A DNA stretch of 64,000 nucleotides from an uncultured delta proteobacterium (GTDB lineage Bacteria > Myxococcota > Myxococcia > Myxococcales > Myxococcaceae). The translations under genes were made by a program, and so were the position numbers. The notes beneath the pieces were generated by a model. The model was not told where the DNA came from, made no database searches, and saw only the letters and a list, made by a program, of their open reading frames with translations. The stretch covers positions 480,001 to 544,000 of the forward strand of contig CAVQKE010000003.1 in assembly GCA_963713045.1 (NCBI GenBank), given 5' to 3'. Position 1 is the first letter of the stretch; the number at the start of each line of letters is the position of its first letter. This document shows, in pieces, positions 1 through 11,800 of this stretch.

Positions 1-603
1 CAGGCTGCTGAAAAATGTCACTCGGCCAATGGGGTAGTGCACCGCGGCGAGGGCTGCGTGGATTTCCCTCCAAGCAGCTTGGTAGTCGTCCGAAGTCACC
101 TGCTCGGTGACCATCTGGAGGAAGCCTGCCGTGTATTCGTTGAGCGTGGGCTGTTGGCCGGGGTAGTCCAAGCCGTCGACCCGAGACCAGACCTCGCTGT
201 TGTGCGGAGGCACGAGCGCAACGTCGCCGGAGTCATATTGCTTGCCCGCGCGCTCTCCATCGGGCCCGATGCGCTCCCCGACTGCTTCCCGAAAGGCTCG
301 CAAAGCGTCGTACTCCGCGAAAGAGTTGAAGGACCGCAAGGTCAGGAAGGTATTCCCCGCCCGCTGGAAAAAATAGCCACGCCCGTCCGTCGTGTGATGC
401 AACGACAGCACCTTCAGCCAGTCGCGCCGCGCGTCCTCGAAGAGGGCTTGCAGCTTCGGGTCGAGTGTATCCACATGCACCGCCCGAAACCTCGCCGAGG
501 CGTCGGTCGGGGCGGTGCTCAGTGCCACGCAGGGAATCGGCGGACCGGCCGCCACGGACAGCCAACCGAAGACGAGCACCAACAGCCTGCTGAAGCGGGA
601 CAT
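1..603 (-). CDS. Hypothetical secreted protein, 3' end runs off the window
   Basis: Read by hand: open frame from ATG at 603 to base 1 (MSRFSRLLVLVFGWLSVAAGPP...GRVTFFSSL) with a signal-peptide-like N-terminus. Not in the ORF track because no stop lies in the window. Confidence 0.7.
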   Translation of the reverse strand, partial: MSRFSRLLVLVFGWLSVAAGPPIPCVALSTAPTDASARFRAVHVDTLDPKLQALFEDARRDWLKVLSLHHTTDGRGYFFQRAGNTFLTLRSFNSFAEYDALRAFREAVGERIGPDGERAGKQYDSGDVALVPPHNSEVWSRVDGLDYPGQQPTLNEYTAGFLQMVTEQVTSDDYQAAWREIHAALAAVHYPIGRVTFFSSL

Positions 604-721
604 GGCTGGCACCTGGAGGGGCGTTGGCCCCCTTGGAAGGAGGGAGACGTTGGGGCTTCACTCTACAGGCAGCGCGCGGCGGAATAGCGGTGTCCGTGGG
701 CCTGTCTCCCCTTCCAAAGTG

Positions 722-2095
722 ATGCGCGTCTGCCTCACGCTGGTGATGGCCTGGGCGGGAGTCACCCTCGCCGAGCCGATGCCGGAGTTTCGAGTCCGGG
801 TGGGCCCGAACGCCGAAACGCTTTCGGTCGAGGCCACCTTTCCGCCAGGCACCTCTGGAACGCTCGTCCTCGAGGACGGCGGGGAGCGCTTTGTCCAGAA
901 CGTCCAAGTCGAACAGGCCGGCCGCTGGGTCAGCGCGGCGGTCAGGGAAGGAGGCGTGGCACTTCCGGTCTGCCAAAGCCCGTGTCGCTTGCGCTATCGC
1001 TTTCTCCTCCGGGACGCGGCGCGCGCCTTCGGAAATCCACAGGCGGCCGCAGCGGTGGGTGAGGCGTTCGTCTCTCCACCCTCACTGTGGTTGCTGCATC
1101 CTGCGCGGTCTGCGCTGGCTGGCTACCGCCTCTTCTTCTCCTCTGAAGGAGGCACCCAAGCGCTGTGCGGCTTGGCGTCCGCAGGGCAGCCGGGCGGCTA
1201 CCAGTCCACGGCTGGACTCCACGTCACTCCGCTGTGTGCCTTCGGCCTTTGGAGGGTGCGCCCGGTCCGGGTGGCCACCGCGCAGGTAACACTGGCCATC
1301 GCGCCTTTCCCCTTCGCCATGGGGGACGAGGAGATGCAACGCTGGGTGGCCGAAGCGACGCAGGCGGTGGCCGCCTACTACCACCGCTTTCCGGTGGACG
1401 ATTTGCTGCTGCTGGTGGTGCCCAACGGTGGCCGAGGGCTGAGCGGCTTCACCCTGGGCGAGGGGGGTGCCTCCATTCTGTTGAGACTCGAGCTGGGGAT
1501 GTCGTTCGAGCGAGCGCGCAGCGATTGGGTCCTCACCCATGAGCTGATGCACCTTGGCTTCCCGACGCTTGGGCGAAATCACACCTGGATGGAGGAGGGC
1601 ATGGCCGTCTTTGGCGAGCCCATCGTCCGGGTGCGCTCTGGCATGGCGGATGAGGCGCTGATGTGGTCCGAATGGCTCGAGCAGGGCCGGCTTGGGCTGC
1701 CCCGCCCGGGTGAGGGCGGCCTGGAAACCACGCACACCTGGGCTCGCACCTACTGGGGCGGAGGCCTCTTCTGGCTGGTGGCCGACGTGACACTTCGCGA
1801 GCGCACAAAGAATGCGCGGTCTGCCGATGACGTGCTGCGAGCCCTGGTCGCCGCTGGCGGAAACGTGACCAGCCGCTGGGAGGTGGGCGAAGTGCTCGCT
1901 CTTGCGGACAAGACGACCGGCCTGGCTGTCTTCAGCGAGCTCTTCAGGCAAATGGGGGAAGCGCCGGGGGCCCCGGACCTCGATGCCCTCTTCCAGCGCC
2001 TCGGTGTCTCGCAGCACGACGGGAAGGTCGTCTACGACGACGCCGCTCCGCTCGCCAGCGTGCGGCGCGCCATGGTGGCGCGGGCGCCTCCCTGA
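722..2095 (+). CDS. Secreted gluzincin metallopeptidase (M61/M1-like)
   Basis: Signal peptide MRVCLTLVMAWAGVTLA; HELMH zinc motif followed by WMEEG; YWGG motif. Start trimmed from the 515 ORF. Confidence 0.75.
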   Translation: MRVCLTLVMAWAGVTLAEPMPEFRVRVGPNAETLSVEATFPPGTSGTLVLEDGGERFVQNVQVEQAGRWVSAAVREGGVALPVCQSPCRLRYRFLLRDAARAFGNPQAAAAVGEAFVSPPSLWLLHPARSALAGYRLFFSSEGGTQALCGLASAGQPGGYQSTAGLHVTPLCAFGLWRVRPVRVATAQVTLAIAPFPFAMGDEEMQRWVAEATQAVAAYYHRFPVDDLLLLVVPNGGRGLSGFTLGEGGASILLRLELGMSFERARSDWVLTHELMHLGFPTLGRNHTWMEEGMAVFGEPIVRVRSGMADEALMWSEWLEQGRLGLPRPGEGGLETTHTWARTYWGGGLFWLVADVTLRERTKNARSADDVLRALVAAGGNVTSRWEVGEVLALADKTTGLAVFSELFRQMGEAPGAPDLDALFQRLGVSQHDGKVVYDDAAPLASVRRAMVARAPP

Positions 2096-2234
2096 GTCGC
2101 TCCCTCTCGACACCTCTCATCCGGACATCTGCCGCTGGCAGCCGGACGTGTTAGTGGTCAGCGGGGGCTTGCAGTTCTTCACGCCAGACTGCTTGACGTT
2201 GCCGTCGCAGTTAGCCAACAAGGACCGGAAACCA

Positions 2235-2953
2235 ATGGCCCCCATCGTCAGCATTCTTGACGTCTACAAGGAGTACAGCCTGGGCAAGACCCTCGTCCCG
2301 GCGCTCCGGGGGGTGTCGCTCGACGTGAGTGCCGGAGAGTTTATCTCCATCGCCGGCCCCTCGGGCAGTGGAAAGACGACGCTGCTCAATCTCATCGGCT
2401 GCGTAGACGTCGCGACCCGCGGCACGGTGGTGGTGGCCGGAAGAAACACGGCCGAGCTGAAGGAGCGAGAACTCACCTCACTGCGGTTAAACACCATCGG
2501 CTTCATCTTTCAGAGCTTCAACCTGGTACCGGTCTTGAGTGTCTTTCAGAACGTCGAGTTCCCGCTGCTGCTGCAGCGCAAGCTGAACCGTGCCGAACGT
2601 CGTCGGCGGGTGATGACGCTCCTGGAACAGGTGGGAATCAGACCCACGCCGACCATCGACCGAGCGAGCTGTCGGGCGGCCAGAGGCAGAGGGTGGCGGT
2701 GGCCCGCGCCCTGGTCGGCAGCCCGCAAATCGTCCTGGCGGACGAGCCGACCGCCAACCTCGACTCGGTCACTGGCGAGCACATCATCGACCTGATGAAA
2801 GAGCTCAACGAAAGGGACGGAACGACGTTCATCTTCTCCACCCACGACGCGCGGGTGATGGGCCACGCCAACGCCGTCGTTCGCCTCGAGGACGGAAAGA
2901 TTGTCGGGCTGGAGCAGCACCCCACGGCGGTGCCGGCAGCCGGGATGCACTGA
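2235..2953 (+). CDS. ABC transporter ATP-binding protein (LolD/MacB-like), one-base frameshift near 2640
   Basis: Walker A GPSGSGKT and [10 protein letters not shown] are in one frame. [27 protein letters not shown] and STHD continue in the -1 frame to the stop at 2953. Confidence 0.9.
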
Positions 2954-5046
2954 TGCTCGCGCTCTTGTTTCAGGTCTCCCTCCGAAACCTGCTGCGGAGC
3001 CGCATCAACCTCCTCATCGGGGCCATCATTTTCTTCTACACGCTGCTGCTGGTGGTGGGCGGCGCGATGCTCGACAGCCTGGTCGGCTCGATGAGCCGCA
3101 GCATCGTCGGCACCATCTCGGGGCACATCCAGCTGTACAGCACCACCAGCCGAGACCCGCTCTCCATCTGGCCCACCATGGGCAATGAGCCGGATTTGAG
3201 CCCGATGCCGGACTACCAGCGCGCCGAGAGTGCAATCTCCAAACTGCCCAACGTGAAGGCCGTCGTCCCGATGGGAATCAACGGCTCTTTGATTACCTCC
3301 GGCAATACGGTGGACGTCACCCTGGCTGAGCTCCGCGGCGTGGTTCGCCAAGAGAAGGAGACTGGCAAGACACCCGAGCTCGAAGCGCAGCGACAGAGCC
3401 TCAAGGAGCACGTCCGCCAAATCGTCCGCGTCCTGCGAGACGACCTCTCACGGGCCGGCGAAATGGAGACCACCGAGGCACGGGACCCCGAAGCGCTGGC
3501 AGCGGTGGAGCGCGCCTCCTCGGACGCCTTCTGGCAGGACTTCGAGCAGGACCCCTATGCGGCGCTGGAGTTCCTCGAAAACATGGTGGCACCACAGCTT
3601 CCCGACGGCGACTTGGTGCCGCTGCGTTATGTCGGCACGGACCTCGACGGATTTCAAAAGTCCTTCGACCGAATGGAGATTGTCAACGGCCAGCCGGTGC
3701 CCCCCGGCCGCCGGGGAATGCTGCTGTCGAAGTTCACCTACGAACAATACCTGAAGCTGAGGACAGCTCGGCGGCTGGACCTCATCAAGGAAGCGGTCGA
3801 CACCGGAGCGCTGATTGCCACCGACCCCGAGTTGCAGCGCTACGTCCGCCAGAACACGCAGCAGACCCGGGAGATTCTCCTGCAGTTCGACCGACTCAAG
3901 TCCGACGAGGCGGTGCGAAGGCTGCGTGCATTCCTCGGGCGTTCAGATGGCAACCTCAACCAGTTGCTGGCGGCGTTCTTCGATGTCAACGACCAGAACT
4001 TTCAAGTCCGATATGCCTTTTTCTACAAGGAGCTGGCCCCGTTGCTGCAGCTCTATCGCCTCCAGGTGGGGGACGTCCTGACCATCACCGCCTTCACCCG
4101 AAGCGGCTACACCAAGAGCCTCAACATTCCTGTCTGGGGCACGTTTCAGTTCAAGGGCCTGGAGAAGTCCCCGCTGGCTGGCAACATCAGCCTGATGGAC
4201 ATCATGTCCTTCCGCGAGCTTTTCGGGTACCTCGGCGCTGACACCAGTGCGGAGATTCAGGCCCTGAAACAGGCGGCTGGTGCGCAAGCCGTTGACCGCA
4301 GCCATGCCGAAGAGGAGCTGTTCGGCAGTGGGCGCAAGGTGGTGGCCGAGGCGACGCCTGGCCTCATCGACGACCGAAAGGCCTTCCCAGGGGTTGCGGC
4401 CAGCCTGCGGCGCAAGGACCTTCAGGCCCGCGTCTTCGACAAGGCCGACGTCGAGCGGGGCGTGGTCCTCAATGCCGCGGTCATTTTGCGCGACGCGAGT
4501 AAGTTGCAGCAGACCCTGCGGGAGATTCGTGCTCTCTCCGAGCGCGAGCACCTTGGGGTGCATGCCGTCTCCTGGCAAGACGCCTCGGGCATCCTCGGAC
4601 AGTTGGTCAGCCTGGCGCGGCTGGTGCTGTATGTCGCGGCGTTCATCATCTTTCTGGTGGCGATGGTCATCATCAACAACGCGATGATGATGGCCACCCT
4701 GCGGCGAACAGCCGAAGTCGGGACGATGCGCGCCATCGGCGCACAGCGGCCTTTCGTGCTGAGCATGGTGCTTGCTGAGACGCTGACGCTGGGGCTGGTG
4801 TTTGGCGCCGCGGGCGCGCTCCTCGGGGCTGGCATCGTCGGCTGGCTCGGCTCCAAGGGGATTCGCGCCACCGCCGACATCATGTACTTCTTCTTCTCGG
4901 GGCCGCGGCTCTACCCCCACCTGTCATCCAGCAACATCGTCTCGGCGATGGTGATTGTCCTTTTGGTGAGCGCCGTGTCCACGCTGTACCCCGCTTTCCT
5001 CGCGGCACGGGTGCCACCGGTGCGCGCAATGCAGACCGACGAATAG
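2953..5046 (+). CDS. FtsX/MacB-family ABC permease with enlarged periplasmic domain
   Basis: N-terminal TM after RNLLRS; C-terminal RTAEVGTMRAIGA and three TM helices; start overlaps the ATPase stop (TGATG). Confidence 0.85.
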   Translation: MLALLFQVSLRNLLRSRINLLIGAIIFFYTLLLVVGGAMLDSLVGSMSRSIVGTISGHIQLYSTTSRDPLSIWPTMGNEPDLSPMPDYQRAESAISKLPNVKAVVPMGINGSLITSGNTVDVTLAELRGVVRQEKETGKTPELEAQRQSLKEHVRQIVRVLRDDLSRAGEMETTEARDPEALAAVERASSDAFWQDFEQDPYAALEFLENMVAPQLPDGDLVPLRYVGTDLDGFQKSFDRMEIVNGQPVPPGRRGMLLSKFTYEQYLKLRTARRLDLIKEAVDTGALIATDPELQRYVRQNTQQTREILLQFDRLKSDEAVRRLRAFLGRSDGNLNQLLAAFFDVNDQNFQVRYAFFYKELAPLLQLYRLQVGDVLTITAFTRSGYTKSLNIPVWGTFQFKGLEKSPLAGNISLMDIMSFRELFGYLGADTSAEIQALKQAAGAQAVDRSHAEEELFGSGRKVVAEATPGLIDDRKAFPGVAASLRRKDLQARVFDKADVERGVVLNAAVILRDASKLQQTLREIRALSEREHLGVHAVSWQDASGILGQLVSLARLVLYVAAFIIFLVAMVIINNAMMMATLRRTAEVGTMRAIGAQRPFVLSMVLAETLTLGLVFGAAGALLGAGIVGWLGSKGIRATADIMYFFFSGPRLYPHLSSSNIVSAMVIVLLVSAVSTLYPAFLAARVPPVRAMQTDE

Positions 5047-5056
5047 CCCGCTTGCC

Positions 5057-6358
5057 ATGCGCCAACTGTTCCTCATCGCGTTTCGCAACCTGCTGACCCA
5101 CCGGCGGCGTACGCTGATGCTGGGCGGTGCGATTGGCGGAGTGACGATGTTGTTGGTGGTCCTGTTGGGACTGCTCAACGGCATCCGGTCCACCATCCTC
5201 GAATCCGCCACCACACTGATGACCGGGCAGCTGAACGTGGCCGGCTTCTTCAAGGTGACCGCCGGCCAGTCGGCACCGGTCGTCACCCACTATCGAAAGG
5301 TGCTCGACATCATTCGGGCCAGCGTCCCTGAGCTCGATTATGTGACTGAGCGCGGCCGCGGCTGGGCGAAGGTGGTCAGCGACACGAGCTCGCTTCAGGC
5401 GGGCGTCTCGGGCATCGACGTCGAGAACGAACCCGGGTTTCGTCGGGTGGTGAAAGTGCAGGAGGGCTCGCTGGACGCCCTCACCGAACCGGGCACCATT
5501 CTCCTCTTCCAGGAGCAGGCCCAACGGCTGGGGGTCCGGGTGGGGGACGTCGTTACCCTCTCGGCCTACACGCTGCGAGGCGCGGCGAACACGGTCGACG
5601 TCAGAGTCGTCGCCATCGCCAAGAACGTCGGGCTACTGAGCGCCTTCAACACCTACGTGCCAGCGGCCACGCTCCGCGCGCTGTACGCCCTCAACGACGA
5701 CTCCACCGGCGCGCTGTTGCTTTATCTCAAGGACATTCGAGACGCCCCTCAGGTGGAAGCGCGGCTGAGGGACGTGCTGCCTGCCGCCGGGTACCAGTTG
5801 ATGGACAAGGACCCCCGGGCGTTCTTCCAGAAATTCGAAGTCGTCAACCGCGAGGGCTGGACCGGCCAAAAGCTCGACGTCACCAGCTGGGAGGATGAAA
5901 TCGCCTTCGTCCAGTGGACCCTGACCGCTGTCACCTGGCTGTCCTATGTGTTGATTGGCATCCTGTTGACCATCATCGCCGTGGGAATCATGAACACCCT
6001 GTGGATTGCCATCCGCGAGCGGACCCGAGAGATTGGCACGCTGCGCGCCATCGGGATGCAGCGGACGCGGGTGCTGGCCATGTTTCTGGTGGAGGCCTTC
6101 AGCCTCTCGCTGGCGGCGGCGGTCGTCGGCGCTGTCCTCGGCTTGTTGGTTTGCGCGGCAATCAACGCGGCCCACCTCCACGCCCCAATCACGGTGCAAC
6201 TGTTCTTGATGCGGGAGGAGGTCCATCTCACCGTGCGTCCGAGCGCTCTGCTCGGCTCCATCCTCCTCATCACCGGCTGCACGACGGCCATCTCCCTCAT
6301 CCCCTCTTTCTTGGCCGCCCGTCTTCAACCGGTGACGGCCATGCACCAGGTGGGCTGA
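5057..6358 (+). CDS. FtsX/LolC-E-family ABC permease
   Basis: AFRNLLTHRRRT; ERTREIGTLRAIGM; C-terminal PSFLAARLQPVTAM. Confidence 0.88.
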   Translation: MRQLFLIAFRNLLTHRRRTLMLGGAIGGVTMLLVVLLGLLNGIRSTILESATTLMTGQLNVAGFFKVTAGQSAPVVTHYRKVLDIIRASVPELDYVTERGRGWAKVVSDTSSLQAGVSGIDVENEPGFRRVVKVQEGSLDALTEPGTILLFQEQAQRLGVRVGDVVTLSAYTLRGAANTVDVRVVAIAKNVGLLSAFNTYVPAATLRALYALNDDSTGALLLYLKDIRDAPQVEARLRDVLPAAGYQLMDKDPRAFFQKFEVVNREGWTGQKLDVTSWEDEIAFVQWTLTAVTWLSYVLIGILLTIIAVGIMNTLWIAIRERTREIGTLRAIGMQRTRVLAMFLVEAFSLSLAAAVVGAVLGLLVCAAINAAHLHAPITVQLFLMREEVHLTVRPSALLGSILLITGCTTAISLIPSFLAARLQPVTAMHQVG

Positions 6359-6362
6359 TTTC

Positions 6363-7139
6363 GTGAAGACCGGTCTCGCCTTGGGCCTCAGCCTCTTCCT
6401 GTCGGCCCCTGTCCTGGCCGCCCCACTTGCGACCAAGGACGCGGTCACCGAGGTCCTGAAGACCATCGACGACCGCCAACGCAACAGCGGTGACTACAAG
6501 TCGCTGGCCTACCTGGAACAGAAGGAAAAGGACAAGACGGACATCGCTCGCGAGGCCATCATCTATCGGAGGGATGAGGACGAGAAGCTGATGATTCTCT
6601 TCACCAAGCCGAAGGGCGAGGCGGGCAAGGGCTACATCCGCTTGGACAAGAATCTCTGGTCGTACGACCCCGGGACGGGGAAATGGGACCGGCGGACAGA
6701 ACGGGAGCGCATCGCGGGGACGGACAGCCGCCGCGCCGATTTCGACCAGTCAAAATTGGTGGAGGAGTACGACGCCACCTTCAACGGGGAAGGAAAGCTG
6801 GGCCAGTTTGATGTCTGGCAGCTCGAGTTGAAGGTGAAGCCGAATACCGACGTCGCGTTTCCAGTGGTCAAGCTGTGGGTGGACCAAGCCAGCGGCAACG
6901 TGCTGAAGCGGCAGGAGTTCGCGCTCTCCGGCAGGCTGATGCGGACCCTCTACTACCCACGTTGGCAGAAGCTGTACAGCGAGTCGAAGAAGGCCGACGT
7001 CTGGTACCCGGGCGAAATCCGCATCTACGATGAGGTGGAAAAGGAAAACAGCACCATCGTGGTGATGAAGAGCGTGGACCTCCGACCTCTGGAGGCAAAC
7101 ATCTTCACCAAGGCGTGGCTCGAGGCGAAAAGCCGATGA
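6363..7139 (+). CDS. Outer-membrane lipoprotein-sorting (LolA-like) periplasmic protein
   Basis: Signal peptide; LFTKPKGEAGKGY...NLWSYDP; GTDSRRADF; KLWVD pattern of the LolA-like family; position in the ABC operon. Confidence 0.8.
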   Translation: MKTGLALGLSLFLSAPVLAAPLATKDAVTEVLKTIDDRQRNSGDYKSLAYLEQKEKDKTDIAREAIIYRRDEDEKLMILFTKPKGEAGKGYIRLDKNLWSYDPGTGKWDRRTERERIAGTDSRRADFDQSKLVEEYDATFNGEGKLGQFDVWQLELKVKPNTDVAFPVVKLWVDQASGNVLKRQEFALSGRLMRTLYYPRWQKLYSESKKADVWYPGEIRIYDEVEKENSTIVVMKSVDLRPLEANIFTKAWLEAKSR

Positions 7140-8724
7140 CTTCGCGCGCGGCGGCGCTCCTCTTGGGCCTCGTCGCAAGCAGCGCCCAGGCGCAAGGGCG
7201 TCCCGATGAGGACGTCCTGTTCGGCGCCCCTCCCGACGCCGGGGTGCCCGTACCGGTGCCGCCCCTCGGGAATCAGCCGCTCATTCCCAGCGCCGCTCCG
7301 GACCGAAGCAGCAGCACGGGTGAACAACAGATTCTCACCGGCCCGCCGGCCCAGGACGCCTTCGCCGCCGGCCTGGTGAAGGAAGACGCGCTGAAAATTG
7401 GCGGCATGTTCTACATCCGCGCCCTCACCACCATCACCCACGGCGGCAATGCAACCTTCAACGTGCCGACGCTGGTGGACGTGTATTTGGACGCCCGGCC
7501 CACCGACCAACTGCGCGCCTTCGTGCTGGGGCGTCTCGAATACGACCCGCTGCTCAGCAGCACAACCTTTGTGACCGGCTCGAACGTCGCCATCACCGGC
7601 CTGCAGACGGTGAGCAATCCAGCGGTGTACCTGGACCAGGCCTGGCTCGCCTTCGACATCGCTCACTCAGCATTCGTCACCGCCGGCGTCCAACACGTCA
7701 AATGGGGCACCGGGCACTACTTCAATCCCGATGACTTCCTGGCCAGCCAACCGGTCAACCCCCTCGCCATCTTCGACGCCAGGCTCGGTGTCAGCATGCT
7801 CCGGGTGCAAGTGCCCTGGGAGAAGGCTGGGCTGAATTTCACCGCGGTCGCGGTGTTTCAGCCGACACAGAACATCAGCACCACGGGCACCACGGTCAGT
7901 GGTGGCGGAGGGAATTCAGTCAACCTCGTCAACGGGACTCAAAACAACGAGACGGGGTTCCTCCAGGACGTGGGCGGGGCGGGAGAGGTGGAGTATGACT
8001 TCAGAGGGGGCGCGGTCGGCGTCAATGCCCTGGCCCAGAAAAGCCGTGCCTGGCGCGTTGGGGTCTACGGCACCGGCGGCCTTGGCGACTTCGACGTCTA
8101 CGGCGAGGCGGTCGTCAAGCAGTGCCTCGATTTGCCCAACCCCCCAATGCCGAACACCACCTGCGAGTACTCGGCTTCCACGAATATCGTCGTCCCAGGG
8201 GACTATTCCGGCTACGTCTTCGGCAACGTCCAGCAACCTGCCTCGCCACTCTTCCAAGGGGTGGCCGGAGTCACCTATTCCATCAACTTCGAAGGCAACA
8301 AGAGCATCACCCTGGGGGCCGAGTACTTCTACAACCGCGGGAGCTTCACGGCGAAGCAGTACCCCAACCTTCTGTTTCAGGGGGCCTATCAGCCCTTCTA
8401 CCTGGGGCGGAACTACCTGGCGGTGAGTGCCACGTTGACCGACACCACGGCGAAGACAACGTGGGTGCTGACCACGATTGGCAACCTGACCGATGTGAGC
8501 GCCATCACCCGGCTGGACTTCTTGGTGACCGTGTTGAGTTACCTCCAGGTGGAGTCCTTCGCCGCGGTGGACTATGGCCACTTGGGGGGAGAGTTCCGCT
8601 TCGGCGTGAACATCCCCAATGTCGTCTTCAACACCGGCTCCAGCTCCCCCCCACCCTGCAAACCGACCTCCTCATCCACGCCCCCATTGTCCAGCTGGGG
8701 ATGGGCCTGCGGCTCTCCCTGTGA
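7136..8724 (+). CDS. Putative outer-membrane beta-barrel protein, frameshift in C-run at 8646-8652
   Basis: ATGA overlap with the previous gene; signal peptide; amphipathic strands (YLDQAWLAFD, VKWGTG). A plausible terminal strand IVQLGMGLRLSL-stop lies in the -1 frame. Confidence 0.7.
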
Positions 8725-8807
8725 AGGGGTTTGAGTCCGGCCGACGCATCGCATTACAGTCTCACTTGCCGTGACGCCGCCCCGCGCCACGGTGAGGAGC
8801 TGCGGGG

Positions 8808-11800
8808 TTGCCCCTACTTCCAAAACACGGCCTGTATGAGCCATCGACGGAACACGACGCCTGCGGTGTGGGCTTTGTCGTACACATTCGCGGCGAGAAG
8901 TCCCGCTCCATCGTCGAGGACGCGCTCGGCATTCTCGACCGCTTAAGCCACCGCGCGGCCTGCGGGGCAGACCCCGAAACGGCCGACGGAGCGGGAATTC
9001 TCCTGCAGTTGCCCCACCGCTTCTTCAAGCGTGAGGGATTGCGGCTTGGCTTCGACATGCCCCGGCGCCGCTGCTACGGGGTGGGACAGGTTTTTCTTCC
9101 GCAGGACCCAGTTGCGCGCGCCGCCTGCGAGGCAGTTTTCGATGAGGTGACGGAAGAGGAGCACCAGCGCGTCCTGGGTTGGCGAGATGTCCCCATCGAC
9201 GAGAGTCAAATGGGGTGGCTCGCTCGGGAAAGCGTGCCGGTGCTGCGACAGATTTACATCGCCCGGCGCCGGGTGGTGCCCAGTGCCTTCGAGCGCAAGC
9301 TGTACGTCATCCGCAAGCTCGTGGAAAACCGTGTGCGCGAGCGGGGACTCGACCCGGAGGGCCGCTTCCACATCGTCAGCCTGTCTGCCGAAACCATCGT
9401 TTACAAAGGGCTGCTGCTCCCGACGCGGCTTCAGCGCTTCTACCGGGACCTCCAGGACCCGGACATGGTGAGCGCGTTGGCGCTGGTGCATTCGCGCTTC
9501 TCCACCAACACCTTTCCCACCTGGGAGTTGGCCCAGCCGTTCCGACTGATTGCCCACAACGGCGAAATCAACACCGTTCGCGGTAACCGAAACTGGCTGG
9601 CCGCCCGGCGCAGTCAGCTTCAGTCGGCGAAGTTTTTCGGCAGCGTCGACCGGCTGTTCCCCATCGTCAGCGAAGACGCCAGCGACTCGGCCCAATTCGA
9701 CAGCATGCTCGAGCTTCTCAGCATGGGCGGCCGAAGCCTCCCGCAGGCGATGATGTTGATGATTCCCGAGGCTTGGGAAAACGACCAGGGGATGGATGAT
9801 GGTCGTCGCGCCTACTATGAATACTCGAGCGCACTGCTCGAGCCCTGGGACGGACCCGCGGCCATCGCCTTCACCGATGGAACCCGCATCGGCGCCACCC
9901 TCGACCGCAACGGCCTTCGCCCAGCACGCTGGATGGAGACCGACGACGACCGCGTGATTCTCGCCTCAGAAACGGGAGTGCTGGAAGTCCCCCCAGAACG
10001 CGTCCGGCGCAAGGGCCGACTGCAGCCAGGCCGCATGTTTCTGGTCGACACCGAGGAAGGCCGCATCGTTGAGGACGACGAGCTGAAGCGGGACATCACG
10101 ACTCGCTGGCCCTACCGGCGCTGGCTCGAGAAGAACGTCTTCACCTTCGATGAACTCCCGGCCGTCCCGGCGCCGCAGCCGTTGCAAGGCGAGCAGCTTG
10201 GCCGGCTCCAACGGGCCTTCGGCTACACCGACGAGGACGTCCGACTGCTGCTCCAGCCCATGGCTCAGGACGGCCATGAGCCGGTCGGGTCCATGGGCAA
10301 CGACACGCCCCTGGCGGTTCTCAGCGACCAGGCCCCCAACCTCTTTCGATACTTCCACCAACTCTTCGCCCAAGTCACCAACCCCCCCATCGACCCCATC
10401 CGCGAGTCGCTGGTGATGACCTTGGCCACCGCCACCGGCCCGGACGGCAACACCCTGGACGAGACGCCGGAACAGTGCCACCGGCTCACCCTTCCCGGCC
10501 CCATCCTGACCAACGGGGAGATGGCGCGGCTGGCGGCCATCAAATCCCAAGGGATGTTTCAGCCGCACACCCTCTCGCTCCTCTACCCGGCGGACGGCGG
10601 GTCGGCCGCTCTACAAGAGGCGGTGGACCGTCTGACCCGGCAGGCGGCCGAGGCGCTGGACGAAGGTTGCAGCATCCTCATCCTCAGCGACCGTGGGGTG
10701 GATGCCCGCTCGGTGGCCATCCCAGTGCTGCTCGCGCTTTCCGCGGTGCACCAGCGGCTGGTCCGCGACGGCGTCCGAATGCAGACCGGCCTGCTGGTAG
10801 AGACCGCCGAAACGCGCGAAGTGCACCACTTCGCGCTCCTCTTCGGCTACGGCGCCGCCGCGGTCAACCCGTACCTGGCTTTCGACACGGTACGGGACCA
10901 AGCGGTCAACGGCGAGGTGACGCTGGACGCGCCTGCGGCGGAAGCGCGCTACCGACAGGCCATCTCCGAGGGGCTGCTCAAGGTGATGTCCAAAATGGGC
11001 ATCTCGACGCTGCAGTCCTACCGGGGTGCGCAGATTTTTGAAGCGGTTGGACTCGACCAGGCGCTGGTGGACCGACACTTCACCGGTACTCCGTCGCGGT
11101 TGGGAGGCATCGGCCTGGCCGAGCTCGGCCGCGAGGCGTTGGAGCGCCATGCCCGGGGCTTCGGACCCATGCCGGCAGACTCGCTGGTGCTCCCGGTGGG
11201 CGGCTACTACCAGTGGCGGCGCCGGGGCGAGCAACACCGATGGAACCCCACCACGCTGGCGCTGCTACAAGCCGCGGTCCGCTCGGGGGATTCCGACGCG
11301 TACGCCCAATATTCCCGAGCCGCAGACGACGAGAGCGCATCGGCGGCCACCCTGCGCGGCTTGTTGACGTTTGCCACCGAGCGCTGCACGCCGGTCCCAC
11401 TCGCCGAGGTGGAGCCGGCGAGCGAGGTGGTGAGGCGCTTCGTCACCGGAGCCATGTCCTTCGGCAGCATCAGCGCCGAGGCGCACGAGACATTGGCCAT
11501 CGCCATGAATCGCATCGGCGGCCGCAGCAACTCCGGCGAGGGTGGCGAGGAGGCCCGGCGCTATGTGCCGGATACCAACGGGGACTTGCGCCGGAGCGCC
11601 ATCAAGCAAGTGGCCTCAGCGCGCTTCGGCGTCACTGCCGAATACCTCGTCAATGCCGACGAGCTCCAAATCAAAATCGCCCAGGGAGCCAAGCCGGGAG
11701 AGGGCGGACAGCTTCCCGGCCACAAGGTGGATGAGCGCATCGCCAAGGTGCGTTGGTCCACCCCGGGGGTGACCCTCATCTCTCCCCCTCCCCACCACGA

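Noticed and set aside
37..976. ORF-track entries 37..687 (+) and 233..976 (-)
   Set aside because: Better explained by the partial minus-strand gene 603..1 and the peptidase starting at 722.
2630..2650. Programmed ribosomal frameshift in the ABC ATPase
   Set aside because: No slippery heptamer; splitting an ABC ATPase before its signature motif has no evident rationale; a sequence error is simpler.
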